Shown in pieces: positions 10,288-19,400 of a stretch of 57,640 nucleotides of DNA; position 1 is the stretch's first letter, and each line of letters begins with the position of its first letter. Below the pieces are notes generated by a model, which saw nothing but the letters and a program-made list of their open reading frames with translations, did not search any database and was not told the origin of the DNA. This DNA comes from a virus (lineage: Duplodnaviria; Caudoviricetes), in IMG/VR virus record IMGVR_UViG_3300035703_000108, positions 1-57,640 of that record. The stretch is one strand, 5' to 3'. A program made the position numbers and the translations under genes.

Positions 10288-10937
10288 GCTTCTTTCCTCA
10301 CAGCCGAGCGGTCGAGGATCTTGGCGAGGTCTTCGCCGTTGAGCATCGCCGCCGCGCGATCATACATGTTCTGCCAAGTGGCGATGCGTTCGTCGTTCTT
10401 GAGGAACGGTGTCGCCTCGAGCAGCGTGCCGTACAGCAGGAGCTGCGGCGCGTATTCGGTCAGCCAGTTGCTCTGGATGGTGTCGTCCAGCAGCGGCGGC
10501 AGTTCGTAGTACAGGATCTCGATGGGGTATTCTGCGTCCGGTGTCGGCGCGAAGAGCCAGTGCGAGAAATCGTAATCCGAGTAGAAGACGGGTTCGCCGG
10601 TCTCGGCCTCGTTCGGCCAGTAGTTGCGGACATATTCGTAGTCGCGCGTGAAGACGGTCTTGCGCGTCGCGTTGCCCGCACCGGTGCCGATGTTGATCGA
10701 GACGGTGTCGCGCCAGCGGTCGGGCTTGGGGTAGACGGACTGGCCGACGGTCAACGCGGTGGACACCACATTGATGAAGCCTTGGATCTTCAGCTCGCGG
10801 GCGATGCGACGCTCGGCGAGGTTGATCAGACGCGGGATCTGCTCGTGGACAATCGGATCGGACGCGAAGGTCGCCCCGCGTTCGAGGTATCGCTCGACGT
10901 CCTGCTTGAGCGTCGCGAAGGTCATCGTAGTGCTCAT
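10284..10937 (-). CDS. Head-tail adaptor / tail tubular protein A-like (217 aa)
   Basis: Motifs INLAERRI, FAPTPD, NWLTEYAPQLLLYGTLLEA typical of podoviral adaptors. Confidence 0.65.
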   Translation of the reverse strand: MSTTMTFATLKQDVERYLERGATFASDPIVHEQIPRLINLAERRIARELKIQGFINVVSTALTVGQSVYPKPDRWRDTVSINIGTGAGNATRKTVFTRDYEYVRNYWPNEAETGEPVFYSDYDFSHWLFAPTPDAEYPIEILYYELPPLLDDTIQSNWLTEYAPQLLLYGTLLEATPFLKNDERIATWQNMYDRAAAMLNGEDLAKILDRSAVRKEA

Positions 10938-11028
10938 TTACGGTTTTCCTACGCCCAATCGTGTGCTACAAAAAATGACCGCCGGTTAGCCGACCGGCGG
11001 CCAGACCCCAACGCGAAGGAACCGCGTC

Positions 11029-11568
11029 GTGATCGAAGACCGGTATATCAGTCAAGAGCGCTTGAAGCAACTTCTCCGATACGATCCCTGCACGGGGGTT
11101 TTGTATTGGAAACGCAGGCCGGAAAGCGATTTTGCAGATGCGTCTGCGGCCAAGACTTGGAACCGGCGTTTCTCCGGCCATAAAGCTGGTTGCGAAAGCG
11201 GGTACGGGTACCTCAAAATAGGCATAGCGGGTGTTAAATACCAAGCCCACCAACTCGTGTGGGTGTTGCACACCGGCGAGTGGCCCGAGGAGGTGGACCA
11301 CATCAATCATGACCGGGCGGACAACCGGTTGGAAAATCTACGGGCGGTGACCCGCGCCGAAAACAGCCGCAACCAAAGCCGATCAACGCGGAACACTTCC
11401 GGTGAGATAGGAATAAGCTGGTGCGCACCGTCGGGGAAATGGCGGGTACGTTTGCGGGCTAGCGGCTCCACGCGCCAAATAGGTATGTTTGTGGAAATGT
11501 CGGATGCGGTAGCCGCCCGGGATGCTGCAAAAACGCAATTGGGGTTCCATCAAAACCATGGCGCGTAG
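11029..11568 (+). CDS. HNH homing endonuclease with AP2-like C-terminal domain (179 aa)
   Basis: YQAHQLVW...VDHINHDRADNRLENLR...N HNH motif, then NTSG..GISW...KWRVR; inserted antisense in the late operon. Confidence 0.9.
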   Translation: MIEDRYISQERLKQLLRYDPCTGVLYWKRRPESDFADASAAKTWNRRFSGHKAGCESGYGYLKIGIAGVKYQAHQLVWVLHTGEWPEEVDHINHDRADNRLENLRAVTRAENSRNQSRSTRNTSGEIGISWCAPSGKWRVRLRASGSTRQIGMFVEMSDAVAARDAAKTQLGFHQNHGA

Positions 11569-11587
11569 CCATGGCGTTACCCCTATA

Positions 11588-11779
11588 TCACGAGTGCATC
11601 CACCGCGCCAGCACCGCCTCTGCGAAGTCGGCTTGATCGGCGGGCGACGTTTCGAGTATGCGCTGCGTGAGCATGCCGAGCATCTCCGCAACCGCGAGTG
11701 TGCGGTCGCTCAGGGGCATCTCGCGCGCCAGACGGGCGGCGCGCTCCAAACTCACCGCTGCGGCTTCGGCGTTGCTCAC
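11588..11779 (-). CDS. Hypothetical protein (63 aa)
   Basis: GTG start overlaps the upstream stop. Confidence 0.5.
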   Translation of the reverse strand: MSNAEAAAVSLERAARLAREMPLSDRTLAVAEMLGMLTQRILETSPADQADFAEAVLARWMHS

Positions 11780-12033
11780 AGCTTGTCTTCCTTGCCCTCA
11801 AGCCTTTTGAAGATGGTGCCGAGGGTCTTGTCGAGCTTGTCGAAGCCCTTGTCCATGTCCGACTTGAGGGTGCGCATATCCTCGCGCCAGTCTTCCTTGG
11901 CAACGTAGGTCTTGGGCATGTCGCGCACATCGTTATCGAGCCGCTCAATCGCCTTCGTCATGTTGTTGATGAGCCAGCCTCCGAGGAAACCAGCTACGGC
12001 GAAGGCGATGTTGAAGAGAACTTGATAATCCAT
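11776..12033 (-). CDS. Small membrane protein with coiled coil (holin-like candidate, 85 aa)
   Basis: N-terminal TM helix (VLFNIAFAVAGFLGGWLI), then a charged coiled coil; near the endolysin. Confidence 0.55.
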   Translation of the reverse strand: MDYQVLFNIAFAVAGFLGGWLINNMTKAIERLDNDVRDMPKTYVAKEDWREDMRTLKSDMDKGFDKLDKTLGTIFKRLEGKEDKL

Positions 12034-12045
12034 TGTGGTGCGACC

Positions 12046-12402
12046 CTACTTCAAGTTGCGGAGCTTGTAGATGGTGGTGAGATAGACGGCGGTCAGCTCG
12101 TCGATCTTGTTCGCAACGGCGCGGTTACCCTTGCAGATGTCCTCGTGGTTCTCTTCGATCCACGCGCTGTCGCCCTCAAGGGTCTTGAGGATGTCTTGGC
12201 TCTTCGCGCTGGCCGGAGACGGGATGTTTCCGACCAGCTCGAAGGCGCCTTGGTATGCCTCGACCAGCGCGTCCACAGCGTCGATGACGTCGTCGTAGAA
12301 CTTGCCGAGGGCTTTGTGCTCGGAGTAGCTATCGGTGCGCCAGTGGTTCCAGTGCGCGAGATTGCGTGCATAGAAGACGCGCGCGATAAGCTGCTCCAAC
12401 AT
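12046..12402 (-). CDS. Ferritin/Dps-like four-helix protein (DUF5856-like, 118 aa)
   Basis: AHWNHW...EHKALGKFYD...DALVEAYQG...TIYKL pattern; start reassigned to ATG 12402. Confidence 0.7.
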   Translation of the reverse strand: MLEQLIARVFYARNLAHWNHWRTDSYSEHKALGKFYDDVIDAVDALVEAYQGAFELVGNIPSPASAKSQDILKTLEGDSAWIEENHEDICKGNRAVANKIDELTAVYLTTIYKLRNLK

Positions 12403-12407
12403 ACGAT

Positions 12408-12575
12408 TTACTCCGCTACGTCTGCGGCAGCAGCAGGCTGCGCAGGGATCTGCGCCTCGGCCTGCTCCTTGATCTTGACCACGAGGGGCCAAGCGCCGGA
12501 CGAGGTGGGCAGGTTGCCGAGGGTCTGAAGCACGGCGTTGACCTCTTCGATGGAAAGAACGAGGTTAATGGGCAT
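12408..12575 (-). CDS. Hypothetical protein (55 aa, MPINLVLSIEEVNAVLQTLGNLP...)
   Basis: Read by eye; AGGAG RBS; not in the ORF track. Confidence 0.65.
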   Translation of the reverse strand: MPINLVLSIEEVNAVLQTLGNLPTSSGAWPLVVKIKEQAEAQIPAQPAAAADVAE

Positions 12576-12618
12576 GTCTGTCTCCTAGAGTTGCCGGGTT
12601 GGGTATCTTAGCAGGTTA

Positions 12619-12798
12619 TCAGCCGCCGAGAAACTGCGATAGCGTTCCTGCGATGGCGGCGATAACGGCGAGGACAGCGGCGATCTGAGCCTTGCGGCCC
12701 TTCGCGGGCGCGGCCTCTTCCAAGGGGACGATTTTCCGGGCAGCTTGCTCGGCCAGCTTGTCCTTGGCGATGCCGCCGATGATCTTCTTCAGGTTCAT
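12619..12798 (-). CDS. Small membrane protein after endolysin (59 aa)
   Basis: AAGGAG RBS; C-terminal TM helix IAAVLAVIAAIAGTLSQFLGG. Confidence 0.6.
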   Translation of the reverse strand: MNLKKIIGGIAKDKLAEQAARKIVPLEEAAPAKGRKAQIAAVLAVIAAIAGTLSQFLGG

Positions 12799-12808
12799 GG
12801 TATTCTCC

Positions 12809-13420
12809 TTAGAGCCAAGTCGCGTACTTCTTGGTCTTCAGCTTGCGGTCGTCGAGGCCGTGAGTGCCCCCGTTGATCCGCTTCGTCAGCGCGAGGATCG
12901 CACTGTCTGTAATGCCCTGATCGCAGATCGACCAGAGCTTGTTACGGTCGAAGAACCACAGGGCGCTCTCGATCGCCAGTTCGCCAGCCACCAGATCAGG
13001 GTTGTCCATGATGTCGGGGCGGTTGATGTACTGCGACAGCGCCTTGTAGTTGTCGTGGCCGGTGAGTTGCAAGAAGCCGCGACCACGGAACTTCCAACCG
13101 TCGCCGCTGCTCTCTGGGCCGTTGCCCATGCGGTTGGCGTAGACGCGGTTGGCGATGGCCTGCGGCTTGCGGGCATACTGGTTGGCGAGCGCCTGCGTCG
13201 GGAAATACTTGCGGAAGATGTTCCGCAGCCCCTGCGCGCTGTAGTTGAGGTTCTCGCTGGTGGCACGCCAGTTGCCACTCTCGTGCGCGCACTGCGCGAA
13301 GAAGTGGGCACCACGGTTGCGGTTGAGCTTGTAGTGCGCGCAGGCGGCCTTGAGCGTGCCGGGACCGAAAGCACCGTCAGCCGTGACGCCGATCTTGCGT
13401 TGGAGGTTTACGAGGCTCAC
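12809..13420 (-). CDS. Endolysin, glycoside hydrolase family 19 (203 aa)
   Basis: AHFFAQCAHESG, YANRMGNG, GDGWKFRGRGFLQLTG, TKRINGG motifs. Confidence 0.92.
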   Translation of the reverse strand: MSLVNLQRKIGVTADGAFGPGTLKAACAHYKLNRNRGAHFFAQCAHESGNWRATSENLNYSAQGLRNIFRKYFPTQALANQYARKPQAIANRVYANRMGNGPESSGDGWKFRGRGFLQLTGHDNYKALSQYINRPDIMDNPDLVAGELAIESALWFFDRNKLWSICDQGITDSAILALTKRINGGTHGLDDRKLKTKKYATWL

Positions 13421-13584
13421 TTGTCCTTTTCCTTATTCCATAGCTCGAAGAGCGTCTTGATCTTTTCCTCGGCCACGCCGAGGCGAACGTCCATCTTAGC
13501 GAGGATGATCGTCAGAGAGATGAACGCCAGAACGACCGGCCAGAGTTGGCCGATCAGTTCGACGGTGGAGAGTTCGCCAGCCAC
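13417..13584 (-). CDS. Holin-like small membrane protein (55 aa)
   Basis: TM helix LWPVVLAFISLTIILA; directly upstream of and overlapping the endolysin. Confidence 0.55.
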   Translation of the reverse strand: MAGELSTVELIGQLWPVVLAFISLTIILAKMDVRLGVAEEKIKTLFELWNKEKDK

Positions 13585-14064
13585 TTACCGGTCCGTGTTG
13601 CGCCAGTCGGGGAAGTCGTTTTCATCGACCACGCCGTCGCCGTTTGCGTCGTAGCGCAGGTCGTTGCGATACTTCTCCCACGGCTCCAAGTCGCCATCGT
13701 CGTCCTCTTCGGGGGTGTCGATGAAGACAGTCCCGTTCGGGTCGTCGTAGGTCTTGGGCGCTTCGGGTTCCGGCTCCGGTGCAGGTGCTTCGGGTTCCGG
13801 TGTTGCATCACGCGCGTTGGCGTTCAGGCTCAAGCCGCCCAGAAGGCCGACGAAGGCACCGATGATGGTCTGGAAGGCCGGGTTGACCATGTCGAGGATG
13901 GCGGTGCTATCGACGATGTGGTTCGGCAGGAAGAGGCCGACGACAAGCGCCATCACGACCACGAGGATCACAGCGGACAGCGTGACGATAGCCACGCGGA
14001 TCACGAACTCGACGGTGTCGTTGACGCCGTCCTGCTTGCTTTCAAAGCCGTCCCAGAAACTCAT
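13585..14064 (-). CDS. Two-TM membrane protein with acidic, EF-hand-like C-terminus (159 aa)
   Basis: Two hydrophobic helices, PEPE linker, DANGDGVVDENDF loop. Confidence 0.7.
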   Translation of the reverse strand: MSFWDGFESKQDGVNDTVEFVIRVAIVTLSAVILVVVMALVVGLFLPNHIVDSTAILDMVNPAFQTIIGAFVGLLGGLSLNANARDATPEPEAPAPEPEPEAPKTYDDPNGTVFIDTPEEDDDGDLEPWEKYRNDLRYDANGDGVVDENDFPDWRNTDR

Positions 14065-14095
14065 TATTCACTCCATCGAAGGGGATGTCGCCGGA

Positions 14096-14659
14096 TTAAA
14101 TGTCCACCAGCGCTTGCAGGGTAATGGTCGCGGTTGCGACGATGTTCGTGCCACCCGAGTTTGTGGAAATCGCCAGCGTCCCCGAGGCGGAATTAAATCC
14201 GACCCCCGTCTGGTTAACAAACCAAGCAGCATCAGTGGTGAGGGCCACCCAGACACCGGTCGTGGTGCCGCTGAAAGTACCGCTGGTCGGCGTAAGCCGC
14301 ACAAAATGTGTTGAGGCGGTCGCGGTAGGGGTAAGCCAGTCGTAACTATCCAACACCCCCGAATTGAACGTACCAACATCCAGAACGCCATTCGAACCGA
14401 CAGTAAGGGTAGTCTGAGCGTCCAGCGGGGAGAACGTACTGTCTAGGTACGTGCCGCTGTCGAGGCGGTACACGATACTGCTCTTGCCGTAGAAGTCAGT
14501 CGGCATAACAATGGCACCGGACGGGACGCCCGCGAGCGTGCGCACCGCGCTCTCATTCAGGGAAACCTGAGCTGTGGCAGACCGCCCAAGCTCCAGATTG
14601 ATAGACTGCCCTGCGGTGCTGCCACCGAGACTGATCGGACCAGAGGCGTTAAGCGTCAC
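14096..14659 (-). CDS. Tail fibre-associated protein (187 aa)
   Basis: MTLNASGPISLG...INLELG N-terminus typical of genes following S74-type fibres; Ser/Thr-rich. Confidence 0.6.
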   Translation of the reverse strand: MTLNASGPISLGGSTAGQSINLELGRSATAQVSLNESAVRTLAGVPSGAIVMPTDFYGKSSIVYRLDSGTYLDSTFSPLDAQTTLTVGSNGVLDVGTFNSGVLDSYDWLTPTATASTHFVRLTPTSGTFSGTTTGVWVALTTDAAWFVNQTGVGFNSASGTLAISTNSGGTNIVATATITLQALVDI

Positions 14660-16043
14660 GCTTCAGAAACTCCACTTCAGCGCGGAGTTCCGCGATAGCC
14701 GCGAAGGCAACAGCGACGAGCTTCTCGTAGTCTACGGCGAGTGACCCGTCTTCGCGCTCGCGCACGGCCAGCGGGAAGACCTGCTGCACATCTTGCGCGA
14801 TCACACCGAAGTCTTGCTTGCGCACGAAATAACCATCGTCACCCCCGTGGCTGGCGATGTACTCATCCGTCCAGTCGAAAGTCTTGCCGCCGATGTGCTG
14901 CACTACGCCGAGCGCACCTTCGATGCCCGCGATGTTCTCCTTGAACCGCGCGTCTGACGAGAAGAAGGCCGTGACGTTGTTGGTCGCGCGGATTTCACCC
15001 GCAGTGCCCGAAGCCGCAGTCCCGACGCCGAGGCTGTTGACTTGGTAGTTGTTGCCGGTGTTGAGCGCGTTGGCGGTCGTGGCCGTGGTGGCGGTTGTGG
15101 CCGAGGTGGCGCTCGTCGCGGAGGTAGCAGAGGTGGCCGTCGCGGCGTTACCGGAAATGCTGATCCCATACGTGCCTGCGGCGAGGCTGTTCACCGTACC
15201 GCTCAGTGTCAGGTTGCCCGAAGAGGTCACCGTGCCGGACAAGGTCAGGCCGGAAGCTGTGCCCGTGCCGGTGACCGAAGTGACCGTGCCGGTGTTGCTG
15301 GTGAACCCGCTGGGGTTGGACGCCGGATAGGCGCCCAGCGACGTGAGCGCGTTGGCGGCAGTCGTTGCGCCCGTACCGCCGTTGGCGATCGGGAGCGTGC
15401 CCGAAACCTGCGTGGTCAAGCTGACGCCGGAGAGCGTGCCGCCGAGGGTCAGAGACCCCGAGGACGTCACAGTGCCGGTCAAGGTCAACCCGTTGACCGT
15501 GCCGGTGCCGCTGACCGAAGTGACGGTGCCGCCACCGGTGCCTGCGCCGATGGCCGTGCGGAAGTCCGCTGCGCTCAGCGCGCTGACGGTGTTGTCCGCG
15601 TTGAAGCGGGGGAACGTGACCGCACCGGGGTTGGTGATCGTGAATAGGTTGCCGCCGAGAGTGGTCGCGCCCAGAGCCGTGCGCGCCGCACCCGCAGTCG
15701 TCGCGCCGGTGCCACCGTTGCCGATCGGCAAGGTGCCCGTGACCTGCGTGGTCAAGCTCACACCTGAAAGCGTGCCGCCGAGGGTCAGAGATCCCGAGGA
15801 CGTTACGGTGCCCGTGAGGGTCAACCCGTTGACCGTGCCGGTGCCGGACACGCTCGTGACGCTGCCCAGCGCGCCGGAGCTGTCTGCAAGCAACGTGACC
15901 GTGCCCGCTGCGTTCTTGAAGTACAACGCCTCGTCGGTCAGGTTGATCGCCAGCTCGCCAGCGGCGAGGTTGCCCGCAGTGGGCACAGCCAAGGCCGTGC
16001 TGGTGCGATAAAGCTGAATGGGCGTAAAGCCACTAGCCGCCAT
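14649..16043 (-). CDS. Tail fibre with C-terminal intramolecular chaperone (peptidase S74), 464 aa
   Basis: GELAINLTD N-terminus; duplicated GTVTSVSGTGTVNGLTLTG block; SSDARFKENI...GVIAQDVQ...VDYEKL chaperone. Confidence 0.85.
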   Translation of the reverse strand: MAASGFTPIQLYRTSTALAVPTAGNLAAGELAINLTDEALYFKNAAGTVTLLADSSGALGSVTSVSGTGTVNGLTLTGTVTSSGSLTLGGTLSGVSLTTQVTGTLPIGNGGTGATTAGAARTALGATTLGGNLFTITNPGAVTFPRFNADNTVSALSAADFRTAIGAGTGGGTVTSVSGTGTVNGLTLTGTVTSSGSLTLGGTLSGVSLTTQVSGTLPIANGGTGATTAANALTSLGAYPASNPSGFTSNTGTVTSVTGTGTASGLTLSGTVTSSGNLTLSGTVNSLAAGTYGISISGNAATATSATSATSATSATTATTATTANALNTGNNYQVNSLGVGTAASGTAGEIRATNNVTAFFSSDARFKENIAGIEGALGVVQHIGGKTFDWTDEYIASHGGDDGYFVRKQDFGVIAQDVQQVFPLAVREREDGSLAVDYEKLVAVAFAAIAELRAEVEFLKRDA

Positions 16044-16113
16044 TACAAGTTACCTCCGTAGGTCTCTTTCGGGGTAGCATAACCCACGCCCCAATTCCAG
16101 CATTAGCAGAACG

Positions 16114-16446
16114 TCAAGCACCGGCCCACGGGAGGGGCGGCGTGACGACGGGCGGGCTGATCTGGTTTTCGATCTGCGAGGCGACGTTCGCTTCGTAGGA
16201 AGCGACCTGCTCTTCGCCCATAGCGGCCTGCACCCAGCCGATGACCTGCGCTTCGGTGAGGTCGTCATAGGGGGTGAACGGTGCGTCGGGGTCGGTCGTG
16301 ACGCCCTGCGTGCCGTAGACGTTGCCGCTGTAGGTGCCATCGGTGCCGGTCAGGGTCCAGTGGACATTGAAGACCACATCGGTCTCGCCGTCTTCTTCGG
16401 GGTATGCGTCCATCTGCTGGACAGCCCAAGTGTTGGTTACGGTCAT
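16114..16446 (-). CDS. Tail fibre accessory protein (110 aa)
   Basis: Between two fibre genes; VFNVHW, FTPYDDLTEAQVIGWV, PLPW motifs. Confidence 0.6.
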   Translation of the reverse strand: MTVTNTWAVQQMDAYPEEDGETDVVFNVHWTLTGTDGTYSGNVYGTQGVTTDPDAPFTPYDDLTEAQVIGWVQAAMGEEQVASYEANVASQIENQISPPVVTPPLPWAGA

Positions 16447-16449
16447 GGG

Positions 16450-19400
16450 TTAGTTTCCTTCGAGTTGTGCCACGCGGGTGGCAAGAGTGTCGATCTTCTC
16501 GTTGGCCTCTTGGAGAGCCTTAACCAGCACGGGGATCAACGACTGGTATGCCACGTTCAAATGCTTCGGGCCAGCTTGCACCACGCCATCAGCATAGACT
16601 TCCCCGCCCAGAGCCTCTTGGAGTTCCTGCGCGATGAAGCCGGGCTGGATCGACTGATCCTTGGAGTAGTCTTCCTTGTAGCGGAAGGTGACGGGCTTGA
16701 GCGCGTTGACCACGTCGAGGGCTTCGGCCAGTGGCGCGATTTCTTTCTTGAGGCTACGGTCAGACCCGTTGACGTAGGCACCCGCGCCCCACACGCCGGT
16801 GCCGTTAACTTGCAGGTTGAACGCGCCTTGGTCTGCGGTTCCGGCGATATACACTTCGCCCGAAGCGTTTATAACGACGCCGCTAGAACCATCAGCCCAC
16901 GGGGCAATCGTGAGGGTGCCTGCGTTCACTGAACCGCTGGAGAAGATAAAGGCGTTCGTCCCTGCGGCAACGAGGCCGTTGTACGCCCCGGGAGACGAGT
17001 TGGGGATGAAGCGCATCCACGGACCAGTGGAGGACGCGAAGAACGGCCCGTCGATGCTCTGCCCTACGGTGGAGACTTGGAAGATTTGGACCGGCGAACT
17101 CGTCCCGACCCCTACCCGCCCGCCCGCTTCGTTGAGCGTGATGTTGTAGGCCACCGCGCTGTCACTGCGCTGGGCTTGGAGCCACACGCGCCCATCTGCC
17201 GCACTGGTACCGATCCCGAGGCCGTAGCTAGGGTCGTTGTTGCTGAGGAAGGCGGGGTAATTCGTGACGTTGCCAAGCACAGGAGCGTTAACTGCGCCAC
17301 CTGCGGCCACGCGAAGACGAGCAACGGCACTGCTCGTCCCAATCCCGACGTTACCGCTGCTGTCGATGCGCATACGTTCAAGCGGGGCGCCGGAAGAGGT
17401 GAAGAACCGGAGATCAGCCGCGACTACACCTTGCGAGGTAATACCCGCCCAGCGGTTGTCTGCGAGGTCAAGGCCACCTGTGATGAAGCGAAGCGCCGCA
17501 ACCGGAGTGCCGCTACCATTGCGGTTCTGGATGATCGCGCCGGTCGTACCATCGAGGTCTTGGCGCACTTGCAATCGGGCTTCTGGGTTGGTCGATCCGA
17601 CCCCGACGTTACCTGCGTTGGTAATGCGCATCCGCTCGGTCGGCGTCCCATTGTCCACGGTGGAGATAATCCCACCGTGGCCGACACCTTGGTCGATGTA
17701 GCCGATAAAGTCCGCGCCGTAATTTGAGCGCGTTACGCGCACCGCAGTAGAGCTAAAGCCGGACGGTGCGGCAACATCTGCCACTTGAAGCCGCGTTCCG
17801 GGTGCGGATACCCCGATCCCAACATCACCCCCGCTGGTGATGCGCATACGCTCGGTAGTGCCACCAGACCTAAACAGCAGGTTCTGGTTCGCCACCTCAG
17901 ACGCAATCGACGCCAGTCCAGTCCCGACTGTGTCCGAAAACACAACCGAGTTCGTCGAAGACGCCGAGCCGGAGATGTCGATGACCGCGTTCCGGTTGGT
18001 GCTTTCAACCACAAGAATTGTGTTTGACGCCACGGTGCCAGTGTTCGCGTCGTTGAATACGTGAAGGCTGCGACCGAAAGCAGATACGGGTGCGTTCGTC
18101 CCGATCCCGACGTTGCCATCGCTGGCAATCCGCATGCGTTCGACACCAGCGGTTATGTCTTGGAACCGAAGTGGGCCACCATCACCAGAAATGATTTCGT
18201 AGGTTTTGCCCGTAGATGCCGTCTGGTTTTCCAAACGCAAAGTAGGCCCGCTTCCCGTGCCAGCTACGTGAAGGCGGGTAACGGGGTTGTTGGTGCCAAT
18301 CCCAAAGTTGCCCGCACTGGTGACGCGCAACCGCTCACTGCCAGCCGTCGAGAAGGCAATCGCGTCAGAGGATGGCGACCACATCCCTGTGTTGGTGTTG
18401 CTGATGAAGCCGTAGGCGACCGCGCCCACGGTCCCCTTGAGCGTGGCGATGCTGTCCGCAGAGGCAACGCCGAGGGACGGCGTTACGAGGGTCGGGCTGG
18501 TGTTCAACACCACGGAGCCGGTGCCGGTCGATGTGGTGACGCCCGTGCCGCCGTTCGCCACAGCGAGGGTGCCGCCGAGCGTAATCGCACCAGTCGTGGC
18601 CGTGGATGGCGTGAGGCCCGTCGTGCCCGCGCTGAACGAGGTCACGGCGGCCGAGGAGAGCGTGGCCCAAGTCGGGGCCGCGCCGGTGTTGCCCACCAGC
18701 ACCTGACCGGTGGTGCCGACAGCCGTCGCGCTCACAGCCGAGGTGCCGTTGCCCAGCAGCACACCGTTCGCGGTCAGCGTGGTCGCGCCCGTGCCGCCGT
18801 TACCAACGGGGAGCACACCCGATGTGATCTGCGACGCGGAGATGGCGATGGACGTGCTGTTCGCGCTGGTGATCTGACCCTGCGCGTTGACGGCGATGAC
18901 CGGAACCTGCGACGCGCTGCCGTAGGTGCTGGCCGTTACGCCCGTGTTCGTGATGCTGAAGACCGTGCCAGACAGCGTCAGGCCCGTTCCCGCCGTGTAC
19001 AGCACCGGAGCGCCGAACTGCGAGAAGATGATGGGCGTCGTGCCGATGGTGATCGGCAGCGGCGTCTGCTGCACCCACGACGTGTTGGCGAGTATGGCAC
19101 CCGCCGTGACGAGGAAGAAGTCGCCCGCGTCGATCTGGTCAACGCCGGTTCCGGTGCTGTCGAAGTCCGTCGCGCGGGTGAGGATGAAGGGCGTCGAGCC
19201 GTTGCCGGTCTGCGTGACGACATAGACGCCGTGATCCGCCTGCGCCGCGCCGACTTCGTTCTTGATCAGCACGCGGTTGCCCGCGACGACCGCGACGCCG
19301 TCGATGCTCAGCGCGCCGTTCGCGTTCGCCGTGATGGTCGCGCCGACGCCGCCGGTGCCGTTGTTGTACGTGTACGCAGGCAGCGCGGCGACCGTGGCAA

